This document shows positions 7,058-14,902 of a stretch of DNA of 64,000 nucleotides, in pieces. Source of the DNA: an uncultured Thermoplasmata archaeon (GTDB taxonomy: Archaea > Thermoplasmatota > Thermoplasmata > UBA10834); assembly GCA_964568665.1 (NCBI GenBank), contig CAZMPY010000005.1, positions 64,742 to 128,741 of the forward strand. Reading direction: 5' to 3'. Under the pieces are notes generated by a model that ran no database searches, was not told the origin of the DNA, and worked only from the letters and a program-made list of their open reading frames with translations. The translations under genes and the position numbers were made by a program. Position 1 is the stretch's first letter, and each line of letters opens with the position of its first letter.

Positions 7058-9180
7058 GTGATAGAGCGGGGCACATTTGGGCAAGAAGAGTATATGGCAT
7101 GGCATTCTGTGCCATTCTGGCCATGTTGGTGTCATCATGCATGCAGAATGCTAGCGCAAGTGCGGAGATAGATGATTCGGGAATGACTGCGGATTACGTA
7201 CTCTGCGGCCTCGGAGCTTTTGAACGACGCATATCCGTGTTAATAGAAGGCGAGAATCTTGGCTCGTACGCAGCCGTTGATGAAGTTTCAGATTCGATGG
7301 GCGGCAGAGTATTGGTGATCTCAGATGAGAACTTCCCCACCGGTATCACGAAGGAATCGTGTGACCAGATACTGAACGACGGTGGCTCAATCGTTGTGCT
7401 TGGAAATGGAGAGGCGCTGCGTGTCATTAATGGACTTCCAGCTGAGGTTCTCTCTCCAACTATCACACTCAACAAGGCTCGTATGTCCATAGATGAAACT
7501 GGGAATGAGACAGTCTTGAGTGAAAGCGTTCCTCAACGTGTTCAGAGTGAAGCAGTTTTCAGCCTTTATTGTATGAGACTCAGTTCTGCGGGGGAAATCG
7601 ACCAGAGGTACATTGAGGTACCATCGACGCGAGTTATCGAGAAGATCGTCGACGTGCTGAGGTGGGCGAAGGAGGTCGCGCCAGACACTACAGCGTTTGT
7701 CGATTCGGCAAAGTCACAGGAACTCACCTCGTCTGCGATTGAAGCAGAGTTACTGGAATCAGATACTATTGGATCGGACTGGACAGCAACTAATACGTAT
7801 GTGTACGAATACTATCATGACGAGACGACCCTGGATATTCACATAGTCATGTACTTCTACAAGCTCAACGACATCTACTCTGGTAATGACTACTACCTCG
7901 CCGAGATTTCGACTTACACATACATTGAGAACTACGAAGCCGAATACACAGGAGGTGTCGGGTGGTATCTCAACTACAGGTACAACAAGGTTGACGTGAA
8001 CTACTATGATGATGTGTTCCACCACAGCGATTGGCTGGAGTTTGGGCCGACCACAACTCTCTCTGGCGATTCAATTACCTACACTGTCGGACTTCAGGTC
8101 AGCAGCGCATCAGTCGGCGGCAGTGTCGGCGTTTCGCGCACCGTACCGAAGCCAGACGTGTACATCTACGCAGAATACAGCAGTACTGATGAGTGGATAG
8201 AATGGACGGAGGACTTCACGAATCCCAGTTATACATGGTATCCAGTGATGACAGAACCTGCTGAAGTCTCCCACTACGCATACTCTACAATGCATTCAAT
8301 AGTAATCCCCATTGACGGTGGCGCCTCAAGCTCTCCGAATGGCCTCAAGATGCCGTTCTGGTACAATTTCGAGATCTGCAAGGATGACAATTTTGACTAC
8401 TACCTCCTAGTCCTCAATTGGGACCATTGGAGCTACACTTTGAATTTCGCGCCATCGTATTCTTCGGGAACTTACACGTCCTATGCATCGCTGATCAGTC
8501 CTCAAGATGGGGCAACCGGTGTGGCCACGTATGTGACATTAGATTGGACTGGGCCGAGCACCGCAGACTACTGGTATGTCCAATGGTACAGCAATCCTAC
8601 CTACCCAAATGGTGCTTACACTACGGCGACTGAGAAGACGGTCAGCCTGGGTACCTCGACTACCTACACTTGGAAGGTCTGGTCGCAGAGGAGCACTGAC
8701 AATGTCTGGGGTTATGCAAACACCAACAGTTTCACGACGTACTTAGTTTCTGGTGGAGGCTGTCTGCTGAAGGGTACGAGTATCACACTGGCCGATGGCA
8801 CAACCCTTCCGATTGAGAAGATACGGGCAGGCATGGAACTGCTGGGATTCGATATCGAGAACAATACGTTTCTGACAGAAACGGTGGTGTACACCGATTC
8901 TTCGAGAGCGGAGACAATGCTGGTAATAAATGACGGCCTGCTGGTGACGACGCCGTACGATCAGCCAATCTTCGTCCGGAACGGTGATTTCACTGGATGG
9001 TTGATTAATCCCGCAGATCTGGAAATCGGTTGGGAAGTCTTCTGTCCTCTGGACAATTTGTGGGTCGAGGTCACCAGTCTAGAGTATGTTGACGGGAGCT
9101 TCAGAGTCTATGATATTGGCACAACTGCACCGGACAACTATATTGCCAATGGAGTTCTCGTCGACCTGAAGAAGAAGTGA
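7045..9180 (+). CDS. secreted/anchored protein: signal anchor, Tyr-rich beta domain, FN3-like domain, C-terminal Hint (hedgehog/intein-like) module
   Basis: ORF 6832..9180. ATG at 7045 (alternative 7054) chosen because it follows GAGAGAGG, lies outside the transposase, and gives the N-terminal hydrophobic segment MAFCAILAMLVSSC. FN3-like segment at 8494-8739. Hint module at 8761-9177. Confidence 0.8.
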   Translation: MVNMSDRAGHIWARRVYGMAFCAILAMLVSSCMQNASASAEIDDSGMTADYVLCGLGAFERRISVLIEGENLGSYAAVDEVSDSMGGRVLVISDENFPTGITKESCDQILNDGGSIVVLGNGEALRVINGLPAEVLSPTITLNKARMSIDETGNETVLSESVPQRVQSEAVFSLYCMRLSSAGEIDQRYIEVPSTRVIEKIVDVLRWAKEVAPDTTAFVDSAKSQELTSSAIEAELLESDTIGSDWTATNTYVYEYYHDETTLDIHIVMYFYKLNDIYSGNDYYLAEISTYTYIENYEAEYTGGVGWYLNYRYNKVDVNYYDDVFHHSDWLEFGPTTTLSGDSITYTVGLQVSSASVGGSVGVSRTVPKPDVYIYAEYSSTDEWIEWTEDFTNPSYTWYPVMTEPAEVSHYAYSTMHSIVIPIDGGASSSPNGLKMPFWYNFEICKDDNFDYYLLVLNWDHWSYTLNFAPSYSSGTYTSYASLISPQDGATGVATYVTLDWTGPSTADYWYVQWYSNPTYPNGAYTTATEKTVSLGTSTTYTWKVWSQRSTDNVWGYANTNSFTTYLVSGGGCLLKGTSITLADGTTLPIEKIRAGMELLGFDIENNTFLTETVVYTDSSRAETMLVINDGLLVTTPYDQPIFVRNGDFTGWLINPADLEIGWEVFCPLDNLWVEVTSLEYVDGSFRVYDIGTTAPDNYIANGVLVDLKKK
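8761..9177 (+). other. Hint domain (139 aa) at the extreme C-terminus
   Basis: Starts GGG|CLLKGTSITLADGTTLPIEKI (block A with Cys1). Ends YDIGTTAPDNYIANGVLVDLKKK*. The usual TxxH His appears replaced (VTTPYDQPIF) and the terminal His-Asn is replaced by Val-Asp. No C-extein follows. Confidence 0.7.
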
Positions 9181-9216
9181 CACCCGAGACATCGTGAAGA
9201 CCAAACACTAAGTCAA

Positions 9217-9234
9217 ACGGGGGGCATCCCCCGT
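9217..9234 (+). terminator. hairpin about 37 nt downstream of the Hint-protein stop
   Basis: acggggg (9217-9223), loop gcat, cccccgt (9228-9234). A second hairpin is ggatgc/gcatcc at 9281-9299. A T4 run lies between them. Function is inferred only. Confidence 0.25.
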
Positions 9235-9360
9235 CATTACATTTCTCATGTCCCGTCTTTTGCACCTCGATTGTGAGAAGGGATGCGGTCCGTGCATCCT
9301 GACCTTGACAGTTGCTCCGCTCTGATTCCATGACTTTCAAGATTTGACAGGTCGTTCAAA

Positions 9361-11101
9361 CCCATCTTTTACAGTTCATTGAGCCAGCACTCCCGCCGAT
9401 AGCTTGAAAACGTCCTGACTCGATGCCTTCCCGGGATGCATTATGGGAACCTCTCCAAAGAAGAAGGATTCAGGAGAGGGGGGAGTGACGGTCGAGTACG
9501 GCACGGTGAAGGCGCTCCACGCCATCGCGGAGCGGATCGGGTTGATAGACACCGTCAACCAGGCAGCCCCGAAACGGAACGGGCTGCCGGTCGGCGAGCT
9601 GGCGTTCATCATGGCCGCGAACCGGCTCCTTGATCCGCGCCCCAAGTACACGATTGCCGAGTGGTATCAGAGGACGTACATGCCCGAGATCATCGGCATC
9701 GACCTTCCTCCGGACAGCGCCTACCAGACGCTGACGCGGTGTCTGGACTATCTCACGGACGATGTCCAGATGGAGATAGAGATGGCCCTCGCCGCCCGCG
9801 TGATGGAATCGTTCCACCTCAAGCCCGAGAGCTTCATCTACGATGTCACCTCGACCTTCGTCGAGGGTGAAGGCGGGGCCGAGATACTCCAGTACGGGTA
9901 CTCGAGAGACCATCGTCCTGACTGCCGCCAGGTGAACTACTCGCTGTGCGTGACGATGGACCCGACGGTGCCGCTCTTCCACGAGGCGTTCCCTGGCAAC
10001 ACCGTCGATTCGAAGACCGTCAAGGAGACGATGGTCCGGTTCAAGGACAAGCTGGGACTGGACGGATGCCTCGTCGTCGACCGAGGCATCGTCACGAGCG
10101 CAAACATCGTCGAGATTGTCGACGAGAGGAAGCTGGACTTGGTCGGCGGCCCTCGCATGGACAGGCGCTTCAGGGCGTTCGCCCTGAAGACATCGCTCAA
10201 GTCGTTCGGGAAGCCGTTCACATTGAAGGACGAGGCCCTCCAGGCGAAGGAGTTCTCCGTCGACATCGGAGGAAACGACCGCCGGTGCATCCTGTACTAC
10301 AGCGAGGAGAAGGCGGAGCGGGACAAGAAGTCCAGAGACATACGCCTGGCCAGGGTCAAGGAAGGGATGGAGGAGGTGGCCGCATCCCTCACGAGAGAGG
10401 GAGCGGGCCGGAAGCCGACGAGGAACGGCCTCGAGAGGCGGATCGTTCTCCTGCTGGAGAAGAGCCACTGCGAGAGGCTCATCGAATGGCGCCTCGTCGG
10501 CGGCAGGGGCGGTAGGCGCCTGAAGTGGGAGCTGAACGAGGCGGCCATCAAGGAGGAGGAGGTACTGGACGGGCGGTACTGGCTCGTGACCATCCTCAAC
10601 GACTCACCGAAGAATGTCATCGAGACATACCGCGCCAGGGACGCGGTGGAGCGGGGGTTCAGAATCACGAAGGAGACGATCAAGATACGGCCCATCTGGA
10701 ATCACACTGAGCAGCACATCAAAGCACACCTGTTCGTGTGTTTCATCGCGTACCTGTTGTACTCGCTTCTGGAGATCGAAGCGAGGAAGGAGATCACTGG
10801 CATCACCGGGACGAAGGCCCTGGACCGGCTGAGGAAGTTCACGGAGTGTTCGACCCGTCCAAGGTACATGACGCCGACAGGGGAGGACATCGCCCTGCTG
10901 TCTCGCGTCTCTCGCGTGAGATAGTTGCCAAGCGGCCGGCACCCAGAAGTCCAGCGAGAGCAGTCTCACGAGGAGCGGTGAGACCGCTACGACGTTTGCC
11001 TCAAGATGAGAAGGGGTTCATCGCACAGGGATCTCCACGGTTCTCCCAGCGCAGATGGCACAGATCGCCCCTCGTCTCGTGACTGAACTGTAAAAGATGG
11101 G
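9361..11101 (+). mobile_element. IS1634-family insertion sequence (1741 bp)
   Basis: Perfect 18-bp terminal inverted repeats: cccatcttttacagttca (9361-9378) and tgaactgtaaaagatggg (11084-11101). They flank the transposase. No obvious target-site duplication. Confidence 0.8.
9443..10924 (+). CDS. IS1634-family transposase
   Basis: 493-aa ORF with the hallmark YGYSRDHRPDCRQV...FPGNTVDSKT, VVDRGIVTS, and YRARDAVERGFRITK. Confidence 0.85.
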   Translation: MGTSPKKKDSGEGGVTVEYGTVKALHAIAERIGLIDTVNQAAPKRNGLPVGELAFIMAANRLLDPRPKYTIAEWYQRTYMPEIIGIDLPPDSAYQTLTRCLDYLTDDVQMEIEMALAARVMESFHLKPESFIYDVTSTFVEGEGGAEILQYGYSRDHRPDCRQVNYSLCVTMDPTVPLFHEAFPGNTVDSKTVKETMVRFKDKLGLDGCLVVDRGIVTSANIVEIVDERKLDLVGGPRMDRRFRAFALKTSLKSFGKPFTLKDEALQAKEFSVDIGGNDRRCILYYSEEKAERDKKSRDIRLARVKEGMEEVAASLTREGAGRKPTRNGLERRIVLLLEKSHCERLIEWRLVGGRGGRRLKWELNEAAIKEEEVLDGRYWLVTILNDSPKNVIETYRARDAVERGFRITKETIKIRPIWNHTEQHIKAHLFVCFIAYLLYSLLEIEARKEITGITGTKALDRLRKFTECSTRPRYMTPTGEDIALLSRVSRVR

Positions 11102-11235
11102 CTGGAGACGGCTGGTGAATCACATGCAGAGCGTGTCTATTTGTGAGTTTGGCTTGACCATATGACATCTTGTGATACGGACCTCTAAGGGCTCCAGTGC
11201 CCATCCCAGTAATCCAGATCTCGAAAACGGTCAGA

Positions 11236-11805
11236 CTATTGGCCTCGGCTTCGGGAGAACCTGTTCAATGATACGGAGATTTCCTTCAGGTACTCTGTCT
11301 GCTTCTTCTGGTAGTAGTCTGGAGATTCTTCCGAAAGCGTGTCAATCTTGCCCAGAGAATCCCGAAACAATCCCAGTTCCAGGCTAGGAGATAGGGAGTG
11401 AATCTTCCCTCGAATGTCGGCGCAAGCGACTGCAAACCGAAGGCGGTCGAATTTCAGCAAGCTCTCGATTTGCTCGAACTCTCGCGGCAGAAGTACGGTC
11501 GCACTCTGTTTCGACAGAAGTGATGGATATGCCCATTCAAAAGAAAGCCCCTCTGGCTCCGATCTGGCCTGAACGCGTATGTCATACGCAACGCCCTCAC
11601 CTATGTTCTCAAATCGAAGAGAAATAATCATCGGTCCAAAGAAGTTGATGGCTGGGGCAATAACTGGCTGGATTGCGAAATCCAGTTCATCTCTCATCGC
11701 CCTTGCCATGCTCTTCGAATACCATACGTAAGCAGCGGTTGCTACTACGAGTGCCGCCGCTAGAACTGTCTGAGCGACTAGTAGCGCTTCTTCCAGATGA
11801 CCCAC
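11236..11805 (-). CDS. hypothetical protein with N-terminal TM helix
   Basis: 189-aa ORF with a GTG start. TM segment LLVAQTVLAAALVVATAAYVW. Divergent from the HEPN gene (67-nt spacer to its ATG). Confidence 0.5.
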   Translation of the reverse strand: MGHLEEALLVAQTVLAAALVVATAAYVWYSKSMARAMRDELDFAIQPVIAPAINFFGPMIISLRFENIGEGVAYDIRVQARSEPEGLSFEWAYPSLLSKQSATVLLPREFEQIESLLKFDRLRFAVACADIRGKIHSLSPSLELGLFRDSLGKIDTLSEESPDYYQKKQTEYLKEISVSLNRFSRSRGQ

Positions 11806-11872
11806 CTCTCTGCACCTGCAGATTCGTACAAGTACTTTCCATTTTCCTTCACTATCAGATTTCCTGAAGTTG

Positions 11873-12742
11873 ATGAAGATTCAATTGGATTGCAGAAAAG
11901 AATATCGGCAGCTTGTGCATTCAGTGGCACAGTGGTTTGACAGCGAGGGAAGGTCATTGGCGAGCGTAGAGGAATTGCATAAGGACATTCAGGATTTCAT
12001 CAAATTGGTGTGCCCCAAGAAGGTGACAGGGCTTCAAGGGAGAACCGATCTTGAGCTCCTGGACAAGATAATTGGCGACTGGAAGAGTCTTTCGAGGATT
12101 GTTAAACTCGAGGAACCCGCCTCGGAGAGGCTAGGAGAACTGATTCAGAAATGTGTCTATGAGCGGGGGAAACCTCATCCACTCAAGAATACAGTCTGCA
12201 AGAGCCTGAAAGAGTTCAATCTCATATTCTACTCCAAAGTGGTCGTTGAGGCGAGAGCGCATCAGTATGGTCTCGTACATCATGATCTCCTCTTGACCTT
12301 GGACAGGTTCGAGACCTCACTGAAGGACCCCACCGAGAGAGACTACTTCGCTGAGGCAAGAAACTGCATTGGCAACAATCTCTACCGGTCATTCATTGTG
12401 ATGTCGTGGAACGTCGTGATGTATCGACTCTACAAGCTGGTGGAATTCACGGGCTACGATGACTTCATCAAGGCCTACTGTCAGGTCTACCCCAGACACA
12501 AGAAGCCGAATCTGAGCAGCTTGGAGGACTTCTTCGACATTTCGGATTCCCAGGTTATTGAGGTTGCCTCGAACAAGTCAATAAAACCTCACATCATTGA
12601 CAAACACCAGAAGGAGATGCTTCTTAGAAACTTGCGCATCCGGAATATGGCCGCACATGTATCCACTAGCTTTGTCCCGAGGAACGCTACTGTGCTAGGG
12701 TATGTAGAGGAGATTGTGGACTCATTCCTCAGCCGAACCTGA
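11873..12742 (+). CDS. HEPN-domain protein (putative RNase/abortive-infection-type effector)
   Basis: ATG at 11873 (the track starts at TTG 11870). The C-terminal helical domain carries R-N-M-A-A-H (Rx4H, nt 12641-12658) in the context LLRNLRIRNMAAHVS, preceded by the AEARNCIGNNLYRSFIVMSWNVVMYRL helix typical of HEPN. Confidence 0.6.
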   Translation: MKIQLDCRKEYRQLVHSVAQWFDSEGRSLASVEELHKDIQDFIKLVCPKKVTGLQGRTDLELLDKIIGDWKSLSRIVKLEEPASERLGELIQKCVYERGKPHPLKNTVCKSLKEFNLIFYSKVVVEARAHQYGLVHHDLLLTLDRFETSLKDPTERDYFAEARNCIGNNLYRSFIVMSWNVVMYRLYKLVEFTGYDDFIKAYCQVYPRHKKPNLSSLEDFFDISDSQVIEVASNKSIKPHIIDKHQKEMLLRNLRIRNMAAHVSTSFVPRNATVLGYVEEIVDSFLSRT

Positions 12743-13228
12743 ATCCACCGGTTTCTCTACCCCCTTGATGTAAGTGAATCGAGAATCCTGCGGCGTTGTG
12801 CCAGTTCGCGTCATGGACTTGCCTAGCCCCCGTCTGAGGGCTGCATAGACAGACCCTTCTTTCACATGCAGACCGTATTTCTCCTTGAGTATGGCATTCA
12901 CTTCGGCAGCAGTGATATTCACTAACTGGCCTTTTGCGCCAAGCTCCTTCAGGTTCTTGGAAATAAAGGGCTGCCTCGTCCCCCCTCTAGCATCCTTCTT
13001 TCTGTCAGATTTGTCGGTGTCTTCGGGCTTTGCGTTACCAGCTGACAGTTCCTCTTCTCGAATTTCCTGACCTGCTATCGGTCCAGATGACGACAAGGTT
13101 TCCTCGAAAGTATCAATGAGCTCGACTATCTTCTCATTGATTGCGCTGTCGATACTGCCGCTCCCTTCAATCTCAATCTCCGACTCACCGATTCTAAGTC
13201 TACACTTCAGTCGTGGAGTTTCATCCAT
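12722..13228 (-). CDS. hypothetical protein (acidic/Lys-rich linker, possible C-terminal winged-helix)
   Basis: ORF 12722..13252. The ATG at 13228 has GGAGG 9 nt upstream. Its 3' end overlaps the HEPN gene by 21 bp, in convergent orientation. Confidence 0.5.
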   Translation of the reverse strand: MDETPRLKCRLRIGESEIEIEGSGSIDSAINEKIVELIDTFEETLSSSGPIAGQEIREEELSAGNAKPEDTDKSDRKKDARGGTRQPFISKNLKELGAKGQLVNITAAEVNAILKEKYGLHVKEGSVYAALRRGLGKSMTRTGTTPQDSRFTYIKGVEKPVDSGSAEE

Positions 13229-13510
13229 GCGACCATTCCTCCGAAGAACCAAGTTCCCACACAGAGAAGGATGTTCTATGAGTTATTCTTTTCAGTCGGC
13301 CCGAAGGACGTGCCCAACGGCACCGACGAGTATCTTGGCAAGGAGAAAGGGTTTGGGGACAGGCTATGGCGAATTGCCAGCCAGACGGTTTTGAGGCCCT
13401 GAATTGGGGCTCCTAAACGTTTTTGTAATCCTCTGCGTAAGACTCGATTCCGCAGGCGTACGGTTGGATTCCCCACCTATTTATAGAAAGAGCGATGAAA
13501 AGGTTTATAT

Positions 13511-13546
13511 CTCGGTACAAAAACCCTCTGATTGAAAAAGAGCCAG
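13511..13546. repeat. 36-nt conserved intergenic motif, copy A
   Basis: ctcggtacaaaaaccctctgattgaaaaagagccag matches 32678-32713 at 32 of 36 positions. Confidence 0.6.
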
Positions 13547-13708
13547 GCATCGCGATTCAGAGTCGGCTCCCTGCACATTCCAGATACTCCCGACCCGATC
13601 CCTCGCGGCACTTCAGAACCGACAGGGCAAGAGATCACGTCCCTGGCGCAAGCACACGAATCCCGCGAACGGCCACACATCTCCGACAGTCGGAGTGGAA
13701 GTACCGCC

Positions 13709-14620
13709 CTATTCGATCAGACCACGATTGCGAAGACGCTCCCGCTCCCAGGTCCTGAAGTCGACCGGAGGAGCGACGACCTCGGCATCGGGCTTCCTCT
13801 CGAGCCTTGCCGCGCCGCTCGGGCATCCCGTCACGCACAGGCCGCACCCGATGCACTTCGCGCGGTCCACGACCGAAATGCCGTCCGCTCCACCTATGGC
13901 ATGGACCTGACACCTGTCCTCGCATATCCCGCACCCGGTGCATTCCTCGGGGTCGATGCGGGCCAGGTAGTTGGCGGAGGCCACGGAGTTCTCGATGCCA
14001 AGGTCAGTGATCCCCCTCAGCAGGCCGCAGCAGCACCCGCAGCAGTTGCACACATAGCCTATCCCTTTCATGACATTGCTCACGGTGTGGACCAGGCCCA
14101 GCCGCTCCGACTCATCGAGGAACGCCAGCGCCTCCTCCTTCGAGATGGATGACCCGTGCGTCGGGCCCTCGTTCTCCGAGAACGAGAGGCACGTCCTCAG
14201 GGGGAAGCTGCACTCGTGGCCCATCAGCTTCTGCTGTTCCCTGCAGATGCAGTCCCTGAGCGTGAAGGACTTGGACCGCAGCAGGACCGCCTTCACATCA
14301 TCGTACGGGAGTATCTGCTCCGACTTGACCGCCTTCTGGGCCGGGACGACCCTGTGTATGGCCGGCTGCGGTCTCATGATGCCCTCCGCCCCACCACCCG
14401 AGAGGTACTCTTCCACCAGGTGAGCCAGCTCGTGGTCGAGTGTGCTCGACTCGTATATCCCCACGATGAACGGGGCCAGGCGGAACACGTGCTTGCCATC
14501 CTGCTCGTGGCTCCAGAGCAGCCCCTTCCCGACCATGTTCAGGAGCTTCGTGCTCGTCTCTTCAGGGGAGAGTCCCGCGCGCAAGGCTATCGCGTCCGCG
14601 GTCTCATCGTCGCGCCCCAT
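13709..14620 (-). CDS. 4Fe-4S dicluster domain protein with CNCCGCCC motif (true N-terminus probably extends to about 14758)
   Basis: CxxCxxCxxxC motifs (CTGCGICEDRC, CIGCGLCVTGC) plus CNCCGCCCG. The frame stays open for 46 codons upstream of the ATG and encodes a conserved-looking SDIVYENLADALNRLPNGFPRTSTKVEIRILKRLF. Confidence 0.85.
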   Translation of the reverse strand: MGRDDETADAIALRAGLSPEETSTKLLNMVGKGLLWSHEQDGKHVFRLAPFIVGIYESSTLDHELAHLVEEYLSGGGAEGIMRPQPAIHRVVPAQKAVKSEQILPYDDVKAVLLRSKSFTLRDCICREQQKLMGHECSFPLRTCLSFSENEGPTHGSSISKEEALAFLDESERLGLVHTVSNVMKGIGYVCNCCGCCCGLLRGITDLGIENSVASANYLARIDPEECTGCGICEDRCQVHAIGGADGISVVDRAKCIGCGLCVTGCPSGAARLERKPDAEVVAPPVDFRTWERERLRNRGLIE

Positions 14621-14902
14621 TTGACTCGCCAGGGAAGCCTCGTCTGCGGAGAACAGCCTCTTGAGGATCCTTATCTCGACTTTCGTTGACGTCCTCGGAA
14701 AGCCGTTCGGAAGCCTGTTCAGGGCATCTGCGAGGTTCTCATAGACGATGTCGCTCAGTTTCCTCCCCTCTCGAACGGGAACGGAATCGATGTGGAGCCT
14801 ATTAATGGAGACCTCACCCTGAGAAGATGCCCCGCGAAAGGAGACAGGGGCGGAGTCTGCCTAGGTGCTGCATAGAACGAGTGCCGCTGGGCACCGAGAC
14901 GC

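Noticed and set aside
8761-9177. Classical (splicing) intein
   Set aside because: Only four residues follow the final beta-strand region before the stop. The terminal His-Asn and a +1 nucleophile are absent, and no host protein is being interrupted.
13492-13530. C/D-box sRNA (gcgatga ... ctga) overlapping motif copy A
   Set aside because: The C box is imperfect. The C-to-D distance (~39 nt) is too short for C/D'/C'/D architecture. Copy B lacks any C box.
14759-14902. Amber (TAG) read-through or pyrrolysine to extend the Fe-S gene further upstream
   Set aside because: The adjacent gene clearly terminates at TAG (14903-14905). No start codon or conserved sequence lies upstream of the TAG at 14861-14863.
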